Shown here piece by piece: positions 49,934-61,700 of a stretch of DNA of 64,000 nucleotides. Source of the stretch: Eutreptiella sp. 'Long Island Sound 2002'. Lineage: Eukaryota; Protista; Euglenida. The DNA lies in the NCBI GenBank assembly GCA_964036045.1, contig OZ038378.1:182156001-182220000 (forward strand). The letters run 5' to 3'. A program made the translations under genes and the position numbers. The notes under the pieces were generated by a model that worked only from the letters and a program-made list of their open reading frames with translations, had not been told where the DNA came from and made no database searches. The stretch's first letter is position 1. Every line of letters starts with the position of its first letter.

Positions 49934-52315
49934 ATGAGTCCCATTGTATGCCAACTGGTGCTTTGGCGCTTGGTTTTCTTCCTCCACATGGCCCTTCAGG
50001 GCGTTCATCCCTCACCACAATACTTGTCTCCAGGCACCGTGCTGCGCCTTACAGGAGGTAGGATCTATAGGGGCTCCTATGTAGCCTCTTCCAACTGTAC
50101 AATCATTACCGATGGGCCTGGGACGGGTCCAGCAGCAGTGATCTCAGGGGCTGTGTTGGTGACCAATCCATGGAGCCCAGCAGCCCATGGCGTTTCCTCC
50201 ACGTCTGTTCCGCTGGGGCACTGTATGCAAAGCCATGCGATGCAGCTGTTTGTGAATCACAAACGCACCACGATGGCCCGGCATCCCAACGGCGACGGGA
50301 GTATTCGCATCATCAAGGATTCTATTGCGGGTGCGAAGCACGTTCTCCATGTGGACCCCAAGGTCACATCTGCAGATTGGGTGGGGGCGACTGTCCATGT
50401 GCGTACCACGCGCTTCACGTACGAAATCGCAAGAGTAGTGGCGGTCTCATTGGGCACCATTCAACTGCATGCCCCCCTCCGGTTTGGGGCTAAGGTAGGG
50501 TATGGCTTGTATTTATCTGGGCTGAGCAGTTTTCTGGATGCCCCAAGCGAGTGGTGGTACAACGCGTCCTCCAGCATGCTACACTTGGTGCCCCCAGTGG
50601 GAGTGCATGTGTCCACTGCCTTTGTTGAGGTGGCTTGCCTGGCACATGGCGTTATTGTGGAACCGGGTGCTTCCGGTGTGAAGATCCATGGTGTCCGCTT
50701 TGAGGGGCAAGTGGAAGATGCGGTGTTGGTTCCCGGAACTGCTGAGAACACAGAGGTTCAGGATTGCCAATTCGAGGGCCAAGGGCAGCACGGGGTCCAC
50801 TTAGTCGGCAAAGATCGCCGGACCCACATCGTCCGCAACACTTTCGCGTACATCATGGGTCGTGGGATTCATGCCAACCAAAGCCGAGATCTCGAGGTCT
50901 CTAACAATGCCCTTTTCCATATTGGCGAAGCCCCAGGGCAGGGCGTGTCCGGTGTAAACGGGTTATCTGCCGTGGTCGTGCATTCCGATGTGGTAGGCGC
51001 TGTGATCCGCCGCAATGTTGTGGCCTTCGTTGGGTACATTGGGATCCGGACTGCGGCGACGCAGGTCTTGGCAGAGCAGAATGTCGTGTTGCACACTTGC
51101 CTTGTGCTGGATGACTGTGCTGCATTATACGCGGGCTGGGGTCCCACTAGCGTGGATATCACAGTGCGCCGCAATTTCATAATGCATGCCATTGGCAACC
51201 GCAGGCATACACCGCACGTCCATCACACAGCTTTGTCCAATGGCATCTATCTTGATGATTGGAGCAACCGCATCGCCGTGTCTGACAATTTTGTTGCCTT
51301 CGTTTCAGGAACAGGCATCAACATCCATAACTCCCACAGCAACCACATCCTTCGAAACGTCGTCTACGCAAGTGGGAATGCGCAATTGGCGTTCGATGAG
51401 GGCGACGACATTGTGGGTCCACAGAACATCAAACGAAATGTTGTCATGCACAATATATTTGTATCTGTCAATGCTCAGAGCAACTGCCTTCAAGAGACCA
51501 GCAAGTTTACAAGACCACCAGTTTTCGATTTCTATGGGGCACCTAATCATACGCGCGGTAACACATTCCATTGCTTGCCTGACAACACTGCTGTGCAACA
51601 GAAGTTGAAAGGCAGATATGTGAAGCAAACTTCTTTCAGCCACTACCAGTCCATCAGTGGGAATTTCGCTGAGTCTCATGTGTTGTGTACGGACTCACCT
51701 CATCTCTGCTCTTCGAAACAGAGTCCCATCATTGTGCTGTCCAATCCCACCCCAAGCACTGTGGAATACAATCTGTCGCCACTCAATCAATACGCGTTTT
51801 TGCGGAATGGATCAGCCCTTCTGACCTCCATCGTTGTAGCACCTTTGTCTGCAGAGCTGATTGTTGTCACAAAGCAACAGCATTCGGTGGAGTGCACCGC
51901 CGCCTGTCACCAACGTGGTCGGTGCTTAGAGGTCAGTGATGTCTGTGACTGCGAGGCCGGGTACGCAGGTCAAGCCTGCGAACTCATCATTGACCCTCGG
52001 TTTCATGTCCCGGTGCCATCCCCGGCCACGGACATGACAGGGGCAGCGGCAGGGGCAGTGGGGGCACCAGTTCCAGAGCTGGCAGGACACACGCATGCTG
52101 ACCACCGGCAAGAGCCCGCAGAGCTGCTGCAGGGCCGCCCAACGGGGCCTAGTGATCCAGCCGCAGGCAATGCAAGCGCCGGAGAGGGAGCGCTCCATTC
52201 GTTGGCCTTCCTTTTAGCTGCGCCGTGTTGCATGGTCCTGATCATGGCAAGGGTCGTGCTGCGAATGCTCTGCCGCCCTCTTCCAGTGGGCCATCGCCCC
52301 CGCCGAGCCCTCTGA
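49934..52315 (+). CDS. Intronless 793-aa right-handed parallel beta-helix (pectin-lyase-like) protein with signal peptide, EGF-like domain and C-terminal TM segment
   Basis: Long uninterrupted ORF with a hydrophobic N-terminus. It contains MARHPN, LDAPSEWWYN and GIYLDDWSNRIAVSDN, motifs typical of bacterial beta-helix proteins, and repeated IxRN/VxxN rungs. EGF pattern CTAACHQRGRCLEVSDVCDCEAGYAGQAC; TM segment SLAFLLAAPCCMVLIMARVVL followed by a basic tail. Confidence 0.92.
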   Translation: MSPIVCQLVLWRLVFFLHMALQGVHPSPQYLSPGTVLRLTGGRIYRGSYVASSNCTIITDGPGTGPAAVISGAVLVTNPWSPAAHGVSSTSVPLGHCMQSHAMQLFVNHKRTTMARHPNGDGSIRIIKDSIAGAKHVLHVDPKVTSADWVGATVHVRTTRFTYEIARVVAVSLGTIQLHAPLRFGAKVGYGLYLSGLSSFLDAPSEWWYNASSSMLHLVPPVGVHVSTAFVEVACLAHGVIVEPGASGVKIHGVRFEGQVEDAVLVPGTAENTEVQDCQFEGQGQHGVHLVGKDRRTHIVRNTFAYIMGRGIHANQSRDLEVSNNALFHIGEAPGQGVSGVNGLSAVVVHSDVVGAVIRRNVVAFVGYIGIRTAATQVLAEQNVVLHTCLVLDDCAALYAGWGPTSVDITVRRNFIMHAIGNRRHTPHVHHTALSNGIYLDDWSNRIAVSDNFVAFVSGTGINIHNSHSNHILRNVVYASGNAQLAFDEGDDIVGPQNIKRNVVMHNIFVSVNAQSNCLQETSKFTRPPVFDFYGAPNHTRGNTFHCLPDNTAVQQKLKGRYVKQTSFSHYQSISGNFAESHVLCTDSPHLCSSKQSPIIVLSNPTPSTVEYNLSPLNQYAFLRNGSALLTSIVVAPLSAELIVVTKQQHSVECTAACHQRGRCLEVSDVCDCEAGYAGQACELIIDPRFHVPVPSPATDMTGAAAGAVGAPVPELAGHTHADHRQEPAELLQGRPTGPSDPAAGNASAGEGALHSLAFLLAAPCCMVLIMARVVLRMLCRPLPVGHRPRRAL

Positions 52316-54204
52316 TGGCCCACTGACAACCCCCCTTGCGCATGGGGATGACTGAATGTGAAGCATGCCGGCGCCGGCATGGGAGGGACGCCAAGGGGCG
52401 TGTGAGTAGAGGCCCCCTTTAGAAACGGGTTTGCATGTCGTAGGAAGGGGCTGATGTGTGTGGACAGGAACGTGGCTCAATGGTACGGGAGGCGGGCTTT
52501 GCGCCTATTGGTCATCGTATTGGTGCTCTGAATAGTGAGGCTTGCCCTCAATGACACCGGCACATACAATGGAGATCTTTGTCACCCTCTGAACTCAGTG
52601 CGTCAAGGCGTTTGCCACAAAGGCTGGGGAAGTGTGCCGTTGGCACTCCGGTGTACGCATTGGCTGGGCTTTCAGGAGTACATTGTAGTTCCCAAGTCAC
52701 CGGAGAAATGTGGTTTTGGAAGGTGGGGCAATTGTCCGGGTATTCACTGAAATGTCGAAGGGGAGCGTTGTGCGACACGTTTGGTGGAGGGCAGAATTGC
52801 CCCCCTCCACCAGTTCAGGGTCCAACAAGCATCCCCCCAACCCCAGACCCCCTTCAGCCAATTGCCGCAAGAGCGTCCCCTGCCCTCTCGTCTCGGCAAA
52901 CGCTTTTGGGAGGCGCTTGGACACCTTCATCCGGCCTCAGGGCCCATTCCCCTTCCCCTACCTCCGACACCTTAGGGCTGCCGTAATGCTGAGGACCATC
53001 TGATGGGGAGGATGGGGATACATGCCACGTAAGTCTCAAACCCTGACCAGCTCCACAAACCTAATCACCCATTGACGTCCAATATCCCCTCACATACCTG
53101 CACCTGAAAGATGGCTGGCGTTGACCGGCGCTCTTCAAGGATGCATTGAATTGGTGAAACCGTGCAGTGCATAAACCACACTTGGCATTCAACAAGTTTT
53201 GGAAGTGCGCTGAGAAGTGTTGGAGAGCGTTCGGCAGGAAAACAGTTTTTGTCGCGAGTTGTAGAAGGCACCAAGTACGGGGAGGCTGTGATTGAGGATG
53301 GAGAATGGTCGAGCAGGCCATTTCCTTTTCCCGCCTGGGGAGGGGGATGGGTCAATATCGCTGGGCCCCACGATTGGTGCATGCCACTGGTCAGCACTTT
53401 GCCAGTCACCCCTATGGGGGGCCAAAATGTAGCAAGGTGTGTCAGTGTAAGGATCTCAGCGGAGCAACTCCCATGGGCTGTGTCATGCCCATGAAAGGCG
53501 ACTCTGCAGTTCATGATCAATGGTATCAGCTACGAACTGCCATCCCGCATGGCACGCACCGAAGTCCAACGAAAAGACAGTGGGCAGCCATTATCAATGT
53601 TCATGCACTTCAATTAACAGCCCCACACCAATTCATACAAAGTCACCCGCCGATATTTACAGCCTGGTTGACACTGGTACTCAATGTATTGTCAATTTTA
53701 TGTCTGCCAGGTGATAAAAAGTTGTACAACACTGCACTGTTTGGTCCAAGGTTCGTTTCGATTCGTTATCTCGGACAAGGTCGTCGTGCAGCGATGTTTC
53801 TAATGATGCTATGGATATGTGAGCCTCAGTTTCTCCGAGGCTGTATTGAAGTGTTCATGAGCATCAGCAACATTTATGCTGTAATAGGCTGCAGGTGACC
53901 AAAACATTTCTGGCTGGAGGCCCCTCTTCCACCCACTACCTAGTGGAGAACTATGCCGGAGGAAACCAAGCCCCCTCGCAGCTTTTCTTTCAAGAAAAGG
54001 TTCCTAGTATTCTGGTACAACAAGGCATCATGCAGGCAATTTCGCTGTTTCTCATTGAAGTGTGGTCAAATTGATTCCTCCCCACATTGGAACCCCAACA
54101 CAGTAGGGGGAATGTAGCAATTTCAGTGCCTCCCCACTTTGGGACCCGAGATGGCAGGGGTTATGTAGCCCACTCAACTCCTCCCCACTTTTGGGGACCC
54201 CTAA

Positions 54205-55286
54205 GGGGGCACCTTAAGCGCAGTGCGCACGTCGTGCAACTATTTGGGCATTTGGCCGAAGTAGAAACCCACACTTTGTCGTACTAGGGGCATCATTATT
54301 GTTCGATAACACCTATTTTGGTGCTTCTTTTGCATTGCATATGGCATTTTTGGGTTTTCATCCATTTCCCCCCATTTTCACCAATTTTCACTCGCCGCAT
54401 GTTCTACTTTCTAGGTTGATTCCTCCCCACGATGGCAGCCCTCAATGTGGGCACTCTACATCAGCCTCTGTTCATTTACATCCTGTGTCGGATGCAATTG
54501 TCAAGGTAAAGATCAACATGTAGATGACTGCTGCGTGCTAATGAAGATCAACCATTAGACAAAGGGCAGCTCGAAAATCTGAGGATGCATGGTGGGCAAA
54601 TGTGCATCGTGTGTAGTCTTACTTGAACCGTGTTGTTGCCGAGATTTGATGGGTAGAAAGACTTTCCTTTGTCCCTCGTGACATTGGCGGGTGTTCTTCT
54701 TTGGGATCCTAAAGGGCTTCAAAGATTCAAGGGACATTTTTTCATGGCATCTGATGGGAAGGGAACGTAGTACGAAATTGTCTTGAGCTAGGGTAGCCAG
54801 GGTGGCCGAATTTTGAGGGTGTTTGGAAGGGGTTGGTATGGGGTTCTTCATAGGGGAACAGGGCGGTCCTTAAGGGACCAGATTTTCTTCTTTTTTTTAA
54901 GGACCACCCTTAAGGACCGCCCCAAGAGACCACCAACCGCCAACCACCACCAACCGCCAACCACCACCAACCGCCAACTGCAACCGCCGCCAACCGCCAA
55001 CTGCGACCAACCGCCAACTGTCAACCGCTGCCAACCGCCACCAACCACCCATCACCAACTGCCAACTGCCGCCAACCGCCGCCAACCACCTACTGCCAAC
55101 CGCCAACCGGCAATCTCCACCAGCCGCCAACCGCCAATCGCCACCAACCATGGTTGAACATATGAGCGACACACGGTCGTTTTTGAAAAAACCATGTACC
55201 GGAACAGTTTTTTTTTCCCGTTAAGGACCGCCCTACAGGGGAATCTAGTCTAAGAGTAGCGCGCAGTGCGCGTGCAAGGATGCCCC
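54205..55286 (+). mobile_element. Non-autonomous Harbinger-like element (copy C), TSD TAA, containing a nested MITE
   Basis: Ends read TAA|GGGGGCACCTTAAGCGCAGTGC ... GCAAGGATGCCCC|TAA. The first ~100 bp and last ~60 bp (excluding the nested MITE) are homologous to copy B. Confidence 0.85.
54860..55234. mobile_element. MITE with AGGGC termini and degenerate 10-bp TSD, nested in copy C
   Basis: Perfect 14-bp TIR AGGGCGGTCCTTAA / TTAAGGACCGCCCT. Flanks ATAGGGGAAC / ACAGGGGAAT match at 8/10. The interior holds a (CCAACCG)-like tandem repeat at about 54935-55148. Confidence 0.8.
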
Positions 55287-57749
55287 CTAAGTGTAGATGA
55301 GCAAATGCCATATCAATGTTTGCAAAGCAATATGCACCCAGGATTCAACCATTTCTTCTTTGCAATTCCCAATTCCAAATATCACAACCACAAGTGCCTT
55401 CTACAACTGATCACACATAGCCCGTGCACACCAACCATACCTCCGTGTGCAACGAAGAAAATCCTTGCTTCCATCCAAATGGACTTGGAAAGTCACTTGG
55501 TTCATTGCTAGAGTCTCGTGGTTAAGCTACAATACGCCGGTGAAATAGGCCAAAATAGCCAAACTAAGCCAACTGAATCAAAACCCCAAAAAGTCATATC
55601 TTTGGCCAACCGGCTCGAATTTTGATGAACCGAAAGCTAAATGAGGGTAGTTTTTGACGCTGAACACGAATATGAAGTCAAAAACTTGGTGTCTAACAGC
55701 CTAATCGCGCAAAGCGACCATTGGTGCTGCATAACACTGATTGGTGCAGTTTTGTGAAAAAGCAATTTGACAGTAGTATTCGGGCTTTAAAACTGTTTAC
55801 ATTTGTAGTCTTAAATCCAATTTTGGTCCACTCTAGCTAGGGGCTGAGTTGGACAGGCCCAAATAAAGATCGGCAATGTCAGCCGCTGCCAAATGGTCAC
55901 ACGCACAACGCATTTTTTGGGATCAACTGTTTTTATGTGGCTTTAGAGAAATTCGGCTATAAACAAATTGTAGCCCTTTCGAAACTGTCGACATTCCACT
56001 ACTCCGATCCACAATAACCTAAGACGTTGCAACCACTAGAGTGCACCACTTTTTCTTGAACATGATGTTGCGGTGGCTATGGAGGTCTGGGTGGGCGGGG
56101 CCTTTCTTGCACCCATGCCCGGGGAACGCGCGCGGGGCAACAAGTGTAGAGTATTATAGCGGGCGCTCGCTATGCACAACATTTGTACAAGAACATACTC
56201 AAGCTAGGTTGTACTACTGCCCTAATCCTGACCCTTGTGTTGCATTTATATGAGTTGCATGTGTGTTTCCCCTTGATTCTAGTACATGTGTGTGTGTTGT
56301 TGTGCCATTGAAAAATTGTTCCCCGTTTTGGTGATCATGATGATCGAGCACTTAATGAGCAAACTGAAACCGATGCATACCCTCTCCCTATTGTAGGCAC
56401 GGGGGCAGATGGAGGGAGGTCCGGCAGGGCGAGGGTCCGTCCTAACCAATTGACCACATGGCTATGAGTGTGTTGTGTTGAGGATGCCACTAGAAACATC
56501 ATTTTGTACTCAGTTGAGCAGAATTGAGTTAGTTTGGCATGAGGTCAGGATAATGTTGATTATTTCAAAACGTGACATCATGGCCTACTGAAGGCGAGAA
56601 CCGGTTATGGTCTGTTGTGTATTTGAAGGATGCATTCAATCATATTCTTCTGCCGAGAGTACTACATCATACAGCCACATCGACTTCTATAGGAATCTTG
56701 TGTCCCTGTTGTATGCCAAAGGCCTCAAAAACAACCTTATTGTATGGAGTGAGTTATGGAATGGGTTCATGCTGGGGTGCAAGATGTGTGTGATCAATAC
56801 ATTGGTGACATCATCGTTGGGACACAAAAGAAAGAAAGAAGGTATGAGTGATCAAGAAGACAGCCAAGAATATTGCAAATTACCCTAAAATCCCCCAATG
56901 TTGCCCTGTAAACGGCATGTTGTGTGCGCGGTATGCCATGCAGTGCACGCTCTGTGCACAAACAACCCCCAAGGCTTGACTATCAATAGCATAGCAAAAG
57001 TACTTGCATGAGCCCCTTTGTAGCGGTTGAACCTACCTAGGTGCTCAACAATGGTGTACAATTTGATGAATTGCATTTTGAGCAACACCCCCTGGTCCTT
57101 AGTGATGCACAATTTGTCCGGTTATTGTATGTGAACATGGGCACATCCCTTGGTATATGTACGTAATGTTTGTGTATGTGCACACAGACACTCAAATCAT
57201 GCTCAAACTCCAAGTGTTTGTGTGTGTCTGCGTGTGTGTGTGTGTGTCCTTTGTGAGTCCCAGTCGTACCACTTGTATGGGTTCCCGGACGAGTTCCGGT
57301 CGTATCTCCTACGTGTGTGTCATATATTGTAAGTTCCTCCGTGTGTGGTTTCCCTTGTGAAACTTGGTCATATTTCCTTCATGAAGGCTCCTCTTGTGAG
57401 TCAGCTATTATTCATACCTCCATGAATGCCATTGTCCACCAATTTTTTACTTTTGGTTCCCAATATGGACATTCCTCCGTGCGACGGATTTCAACTTGAG
57501 TATCCCATGCAACGTGTCACATCACTCACTCAGGTGCCACCAAGAATTCACAACACATATTCAGAAACCCCCAAAAGTTTGCAGCTAGTGTCCCGTAGCC
57601 TCCAGATGTCAAAGACCAACCATCTGGAAGCCTTTAAGAAATCCGAATAAACAAATAGCAGTGAGAATCCAAAAGCCTCGAGGAGCTTCCTCACCCTCTT
57701 GATCAACCCCCACTGAAATTCTGATGGCAAAGTGGAGGTATGTTGTAAT

Positions 57750-57926
57750 AATTTTTTTTGCCCTCCCATTTGTCTTTACAATGACACGCCCATTCCTTGT
57801 GTACTTCAAGCGCACAAAGTCATCTCCTTCTGCGGAAGGCCCAAGAATCGTGGCTTCTACAAGCTCACCAGTGTGGTACCGCTTGTATAGCACCTCCTGG
57901 CCAGGTGCAAGCAGAGAATCAGTCAT
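57750..57926 (-). pseudogene. Second Tudor/KOW/SH3-like small domain ORF, probably a TE relic
   Basis: LAPGQEVLYKRYHTGELVEATILGPSAEGDDFVRLKYTRNG has the same pattern as the ORF at 44781. Confidence 0.35.
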
Positions 57927-58784
57927 GGTGGGCAATTGAGGTCCTGTAGTTGAGGGACACCATTCCCTCATCCTGCTTTACAAATTTACCCACAGATACT
58001 CACAACAGCCCCTCATTTCCCCATTTCTGAAACCTCGATTCTGAAGCCCGGTACATAATTAAGTACATAATTAATTATGTACTCAAAAATACGGTCCGAA
58101 CGGAAGTGTTCGTTGGACACAGCATTCGTTAGACACGGGGGGGGATTAAGTCTGTGTAACACTGCCTGAGGCTTTTGGTAAGTGAGTTTGTCTGAACCAC
58201 ATTTTCCCTCCATTTTACCAAAATGTGCTCAGTTTTACTAAATACCCGTCAAAACAGTGTGTGTTGTTTTCAAATGGACAAAATGAAAAAAAGTGAGGGA
58301 TCTGAAAAACGTCAATGATGCTGCAACCAAGCATCCTCCGTGTTTTGCCGCGTGTGTGGCAAAAGATTCTGAAGCAGCTGCATCCCTGACGGACGGATCA
58401 AGGCTTTACCAAGGGCAGGTGTTTGCTCAAACGATTTTGCCATGGCAAGTAGAATGCAGAACGTTGTTTCTGGACGGAATCCAAATGCAGCTTTCATCTC
58501 GTCATGAGGCATTGCATGTCGTCTATGGCGGCACAACAAGTGATCACGCCGATTGGTTGCTTTTGGGTTTCATTTTGACCATTGCATAGTGTTGCCAGGG
58601 GAAAAAAAACGAAACATTGCACAACAAACGTAAACGATCGCACTGTTACCACCTGTGCCAGTTGTCGGGTGACATGGCATCAATCTTGCTTGTGATTGGG
58701 TCGTGGTGTGGCGCTGAGCATGTGGAACACGAACCGAGGTACACACACATATTCCAATTGCAGGTGCTCTTGGTTGAGAGCAAA

Positions 58785-61700
58785 ATGCCCACCACAGTAA
58801 AACCCCGAACGACGTTGGACGAAACAGATGACCAAGGCAATCTACAGCGCACCGCTGCAGCCTTTGACAGATTAATTGAGGTTGGAGGAAGGTTTGCCCC
58901 AGAGGCCAATAGATACCACCTGTACGTGGCTCTGGGATGTCCCTGGGCGAATGGCACCCTCGCGTGTCTGTTCATGAAGGGGCTGGAACACGTTATCAGC
59001 TACAGCATCGTCCACCCAACATGGGCACGCACCAAACCCAACGATCCTGAGGACGAGCATTGTGGATGGCACTTCCGCAAGCCTGGAGACCCCCCTGTGC
59101 CAAACCCTCTGGGGTATGGGGCTAACGTGTGCGACGACGCCTTGATCCCGGACACGGTCAACAGGTGCGCCACTCTCCGTGGTGTGTACGAGAAGGCGGA
59201 TGATCAAAGTGGCAAGTATGACAATGTCTGCCCCCCACACCACAGGGCAACGGGCAACGGGGGATGCACAGAGTGCCATGTGGTGCTGGGTCTTTTGTAG
59301 GGTTTGGAAGGGACTGCCACACTGAACAGCAGACCGCAAGTAGCCCAGATGCTCCCAGTAAATGGATGTGGCCTACCCTTGTCCCCATGTGCCGTGAGGG
59401 GGTGCAGAGGTGCTTTATGAAGAACAAGTACCCCCCCCCCCTCCCCCTCCCCTTGTCCAGTAAGCGTCCGGTAAGCCGGGAGGCAAGGGAACCGTCACTT
59501 TCCACTTTCCAAATTTTCTTAGAAGGTTGGATGTTGAGGTTCTCTGTGTGTTTGCTGGTTGGACAAGGTACTGTTGTTGGTGCATTGCTGTTTACTTCAA
59601 ATTTCTTGCATGAAAGGCACTGCACAGAACGCTTAGTTTTTCGCAATTTCAGCTATGAATGTCGAAGATATTGACACGTACTCTCCTTATGCTGCAACAA
59701 TTTCTGCTGCTACAACAATCAACAGCATCAATTCCCAAGTTCAGACGCCAGTATTATGTCTGGCAAGATTCTGGGTCCCTCAGAACATGGTGCTGACTAC
59801 CGGTCCATCACATACAAGCGCTCCAGTACGGTGGTAACGCAGGACTGTGCCCCTATAGCACGGATGTCCTTTCTCCGTGTGCGGGCACCTCCACGACCCA
59901 TGAGCTCCCACAACGGCCAACTGGGCAGAGAGAAGGCAAACTGGGAAGAAGCCGCAGTTGAAGTTGGACACTTTTTTGCACCCCTCACCCCCCTCTCCCC
60001 TGATGAGACGGACGCTGTGTAGCTCACTGGTGAATCCAGCCCCCCCAAAAGAGCGCGGTCCCCTCCCATGGCCGACGATCCGCTTATTGTGCAGTGCTTG
60101 AAAAAGCCTGCCAAGCGGCGTTGTAAAGCCTTGAGGTTGGCCAAACCACTCAGACGGCACGATACAGCGGCTGAAAAATTGGCTTTCCTTGAGTACGCTG
60201 ACTCACACATCAGCCAACGCCAGTAGACCTGACATGCATCCCTACAGGCAGTTTCCTGATCATTTTGTGGTTCACATGCCCTGGTGTTCGCTCTCTTGTT
60301 TTGTGTCGCGCGTCCTTTGTCTAGTAATCGGGGGGCGAGGGAACCGTCACTTGAGGTAGGTTCCCTTGGGGGTGCGAGGGAACTGTCACGTGCAGCCGCT
60401 TACAGGACAAGGGGGGGGGGGCGTACAATTGTAACAGTATTGTTTGAAACTGATTGAGTCGGGCTTGAGGTCAGGATCATGCTGGTTATCCCCAGAATCT
60501 GATGTCATGGCCCCAGCCCAAAAGTGGATGCCAGCCTTTTTCATCCCCCCCCCCCTTGGCCTCTAAGACAAGGGCTGTTCATGCCACAGCCAAGGGGAGG
60601 TAATGAGGACCAGGTCCTTCAGTCCATCAGGGGTCCCAGGGTCAGCCCCCTGATGCATACAGTCCCACATGTCTTTGATGGGCACTGCAGCCAAACCAGA
60701 GGCCCGAAACCCCAAAATGCCAGGCCAGTGAGACGCACATCGGGCTGCGCACGCGGGTGAGTGCTTTGGAGGCACTTGGCGTGTGGGGGTGGGGCTTCCG
60801 TGCGAAATGGTGCGCTTGTCCAAGCGATGACGGCCCCCTGAGCCCGAGCCAACCACTTGGCCTGTCTGTGGACAAGCGTGTGTGAGGGGGATGTCAAGGC
60901 CTTTGCAAGGAGTTAGTGGTGGTTGGAAAAGCGGTTGGGACAATTACCGGTGTTTTTGAGGGTGATTGGGATGATCAGATTTACGGCACACCCGAAAGTG
61001 ACTTGGACGACAGGGGTAAGAGGGCGAGGGCGAGACCTCCACGCCCCCTTAAGATCAGGGTCCAGGCTGTGTGGGGAACTGGCTCTACTGCCTGAAGTTC
61101 GGTAAAGCACCCATACCTGAAGTCCGGTACACCCATGCCTGAAGTCCGCGAAAGCACCCAGTGGAGGTACCATATTCGAAGCAGTGACGGCTGAAATCCC
61201 TCATCATTACGTATGAATGGAGACTTGCTGCAAGGGTACACTGTGAACGAGTGTGGTCAGCATCTCCTTTGCTGCTTGTACCGACAGGACAATGAACGCG
61301 TGTCCATGCCTATCACCCCCTGTCCCCCTGCCCCCCTCGCTAATGGAGGTCGCGCAGGCTGCGTTCTGCTGGCAGGACTCCAGCGGGGGATATGGCCTTG
61401 ACCCTTCTGTGCTGTCTCGATCGCCCAGGTATTCGACCCCTGTCCTCTGGGATAAAAAACATGGGACAATTGTGTGCAACGAGTCCAAAACCATCCTCCG
61501 GATTCTCAACAGCGCCTTCGGCGGCCTGGCCAAGCACCCACACCTCAATTTCTTCCCCGAAGACAAAGCAGCGGAGATGCAGGAGCTGGACGATTTTATC
61601 TACCCAACCATCAACAACGGAGTGTATCGGTGCGGCTTTGCCAAGTCACAACAGGCGTACGAAACAGCGTTTGACGAGCTGTTTGCCAGCCTGGACCGTG

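Noticed and set aside
56540-56888. piggyBac-like C-terminal peptide (SHIDFYRNLVSLL)
   Set aside because: Only a short resemblance in a stop-ridden frame, with no TTAA-flanked TIRs found.
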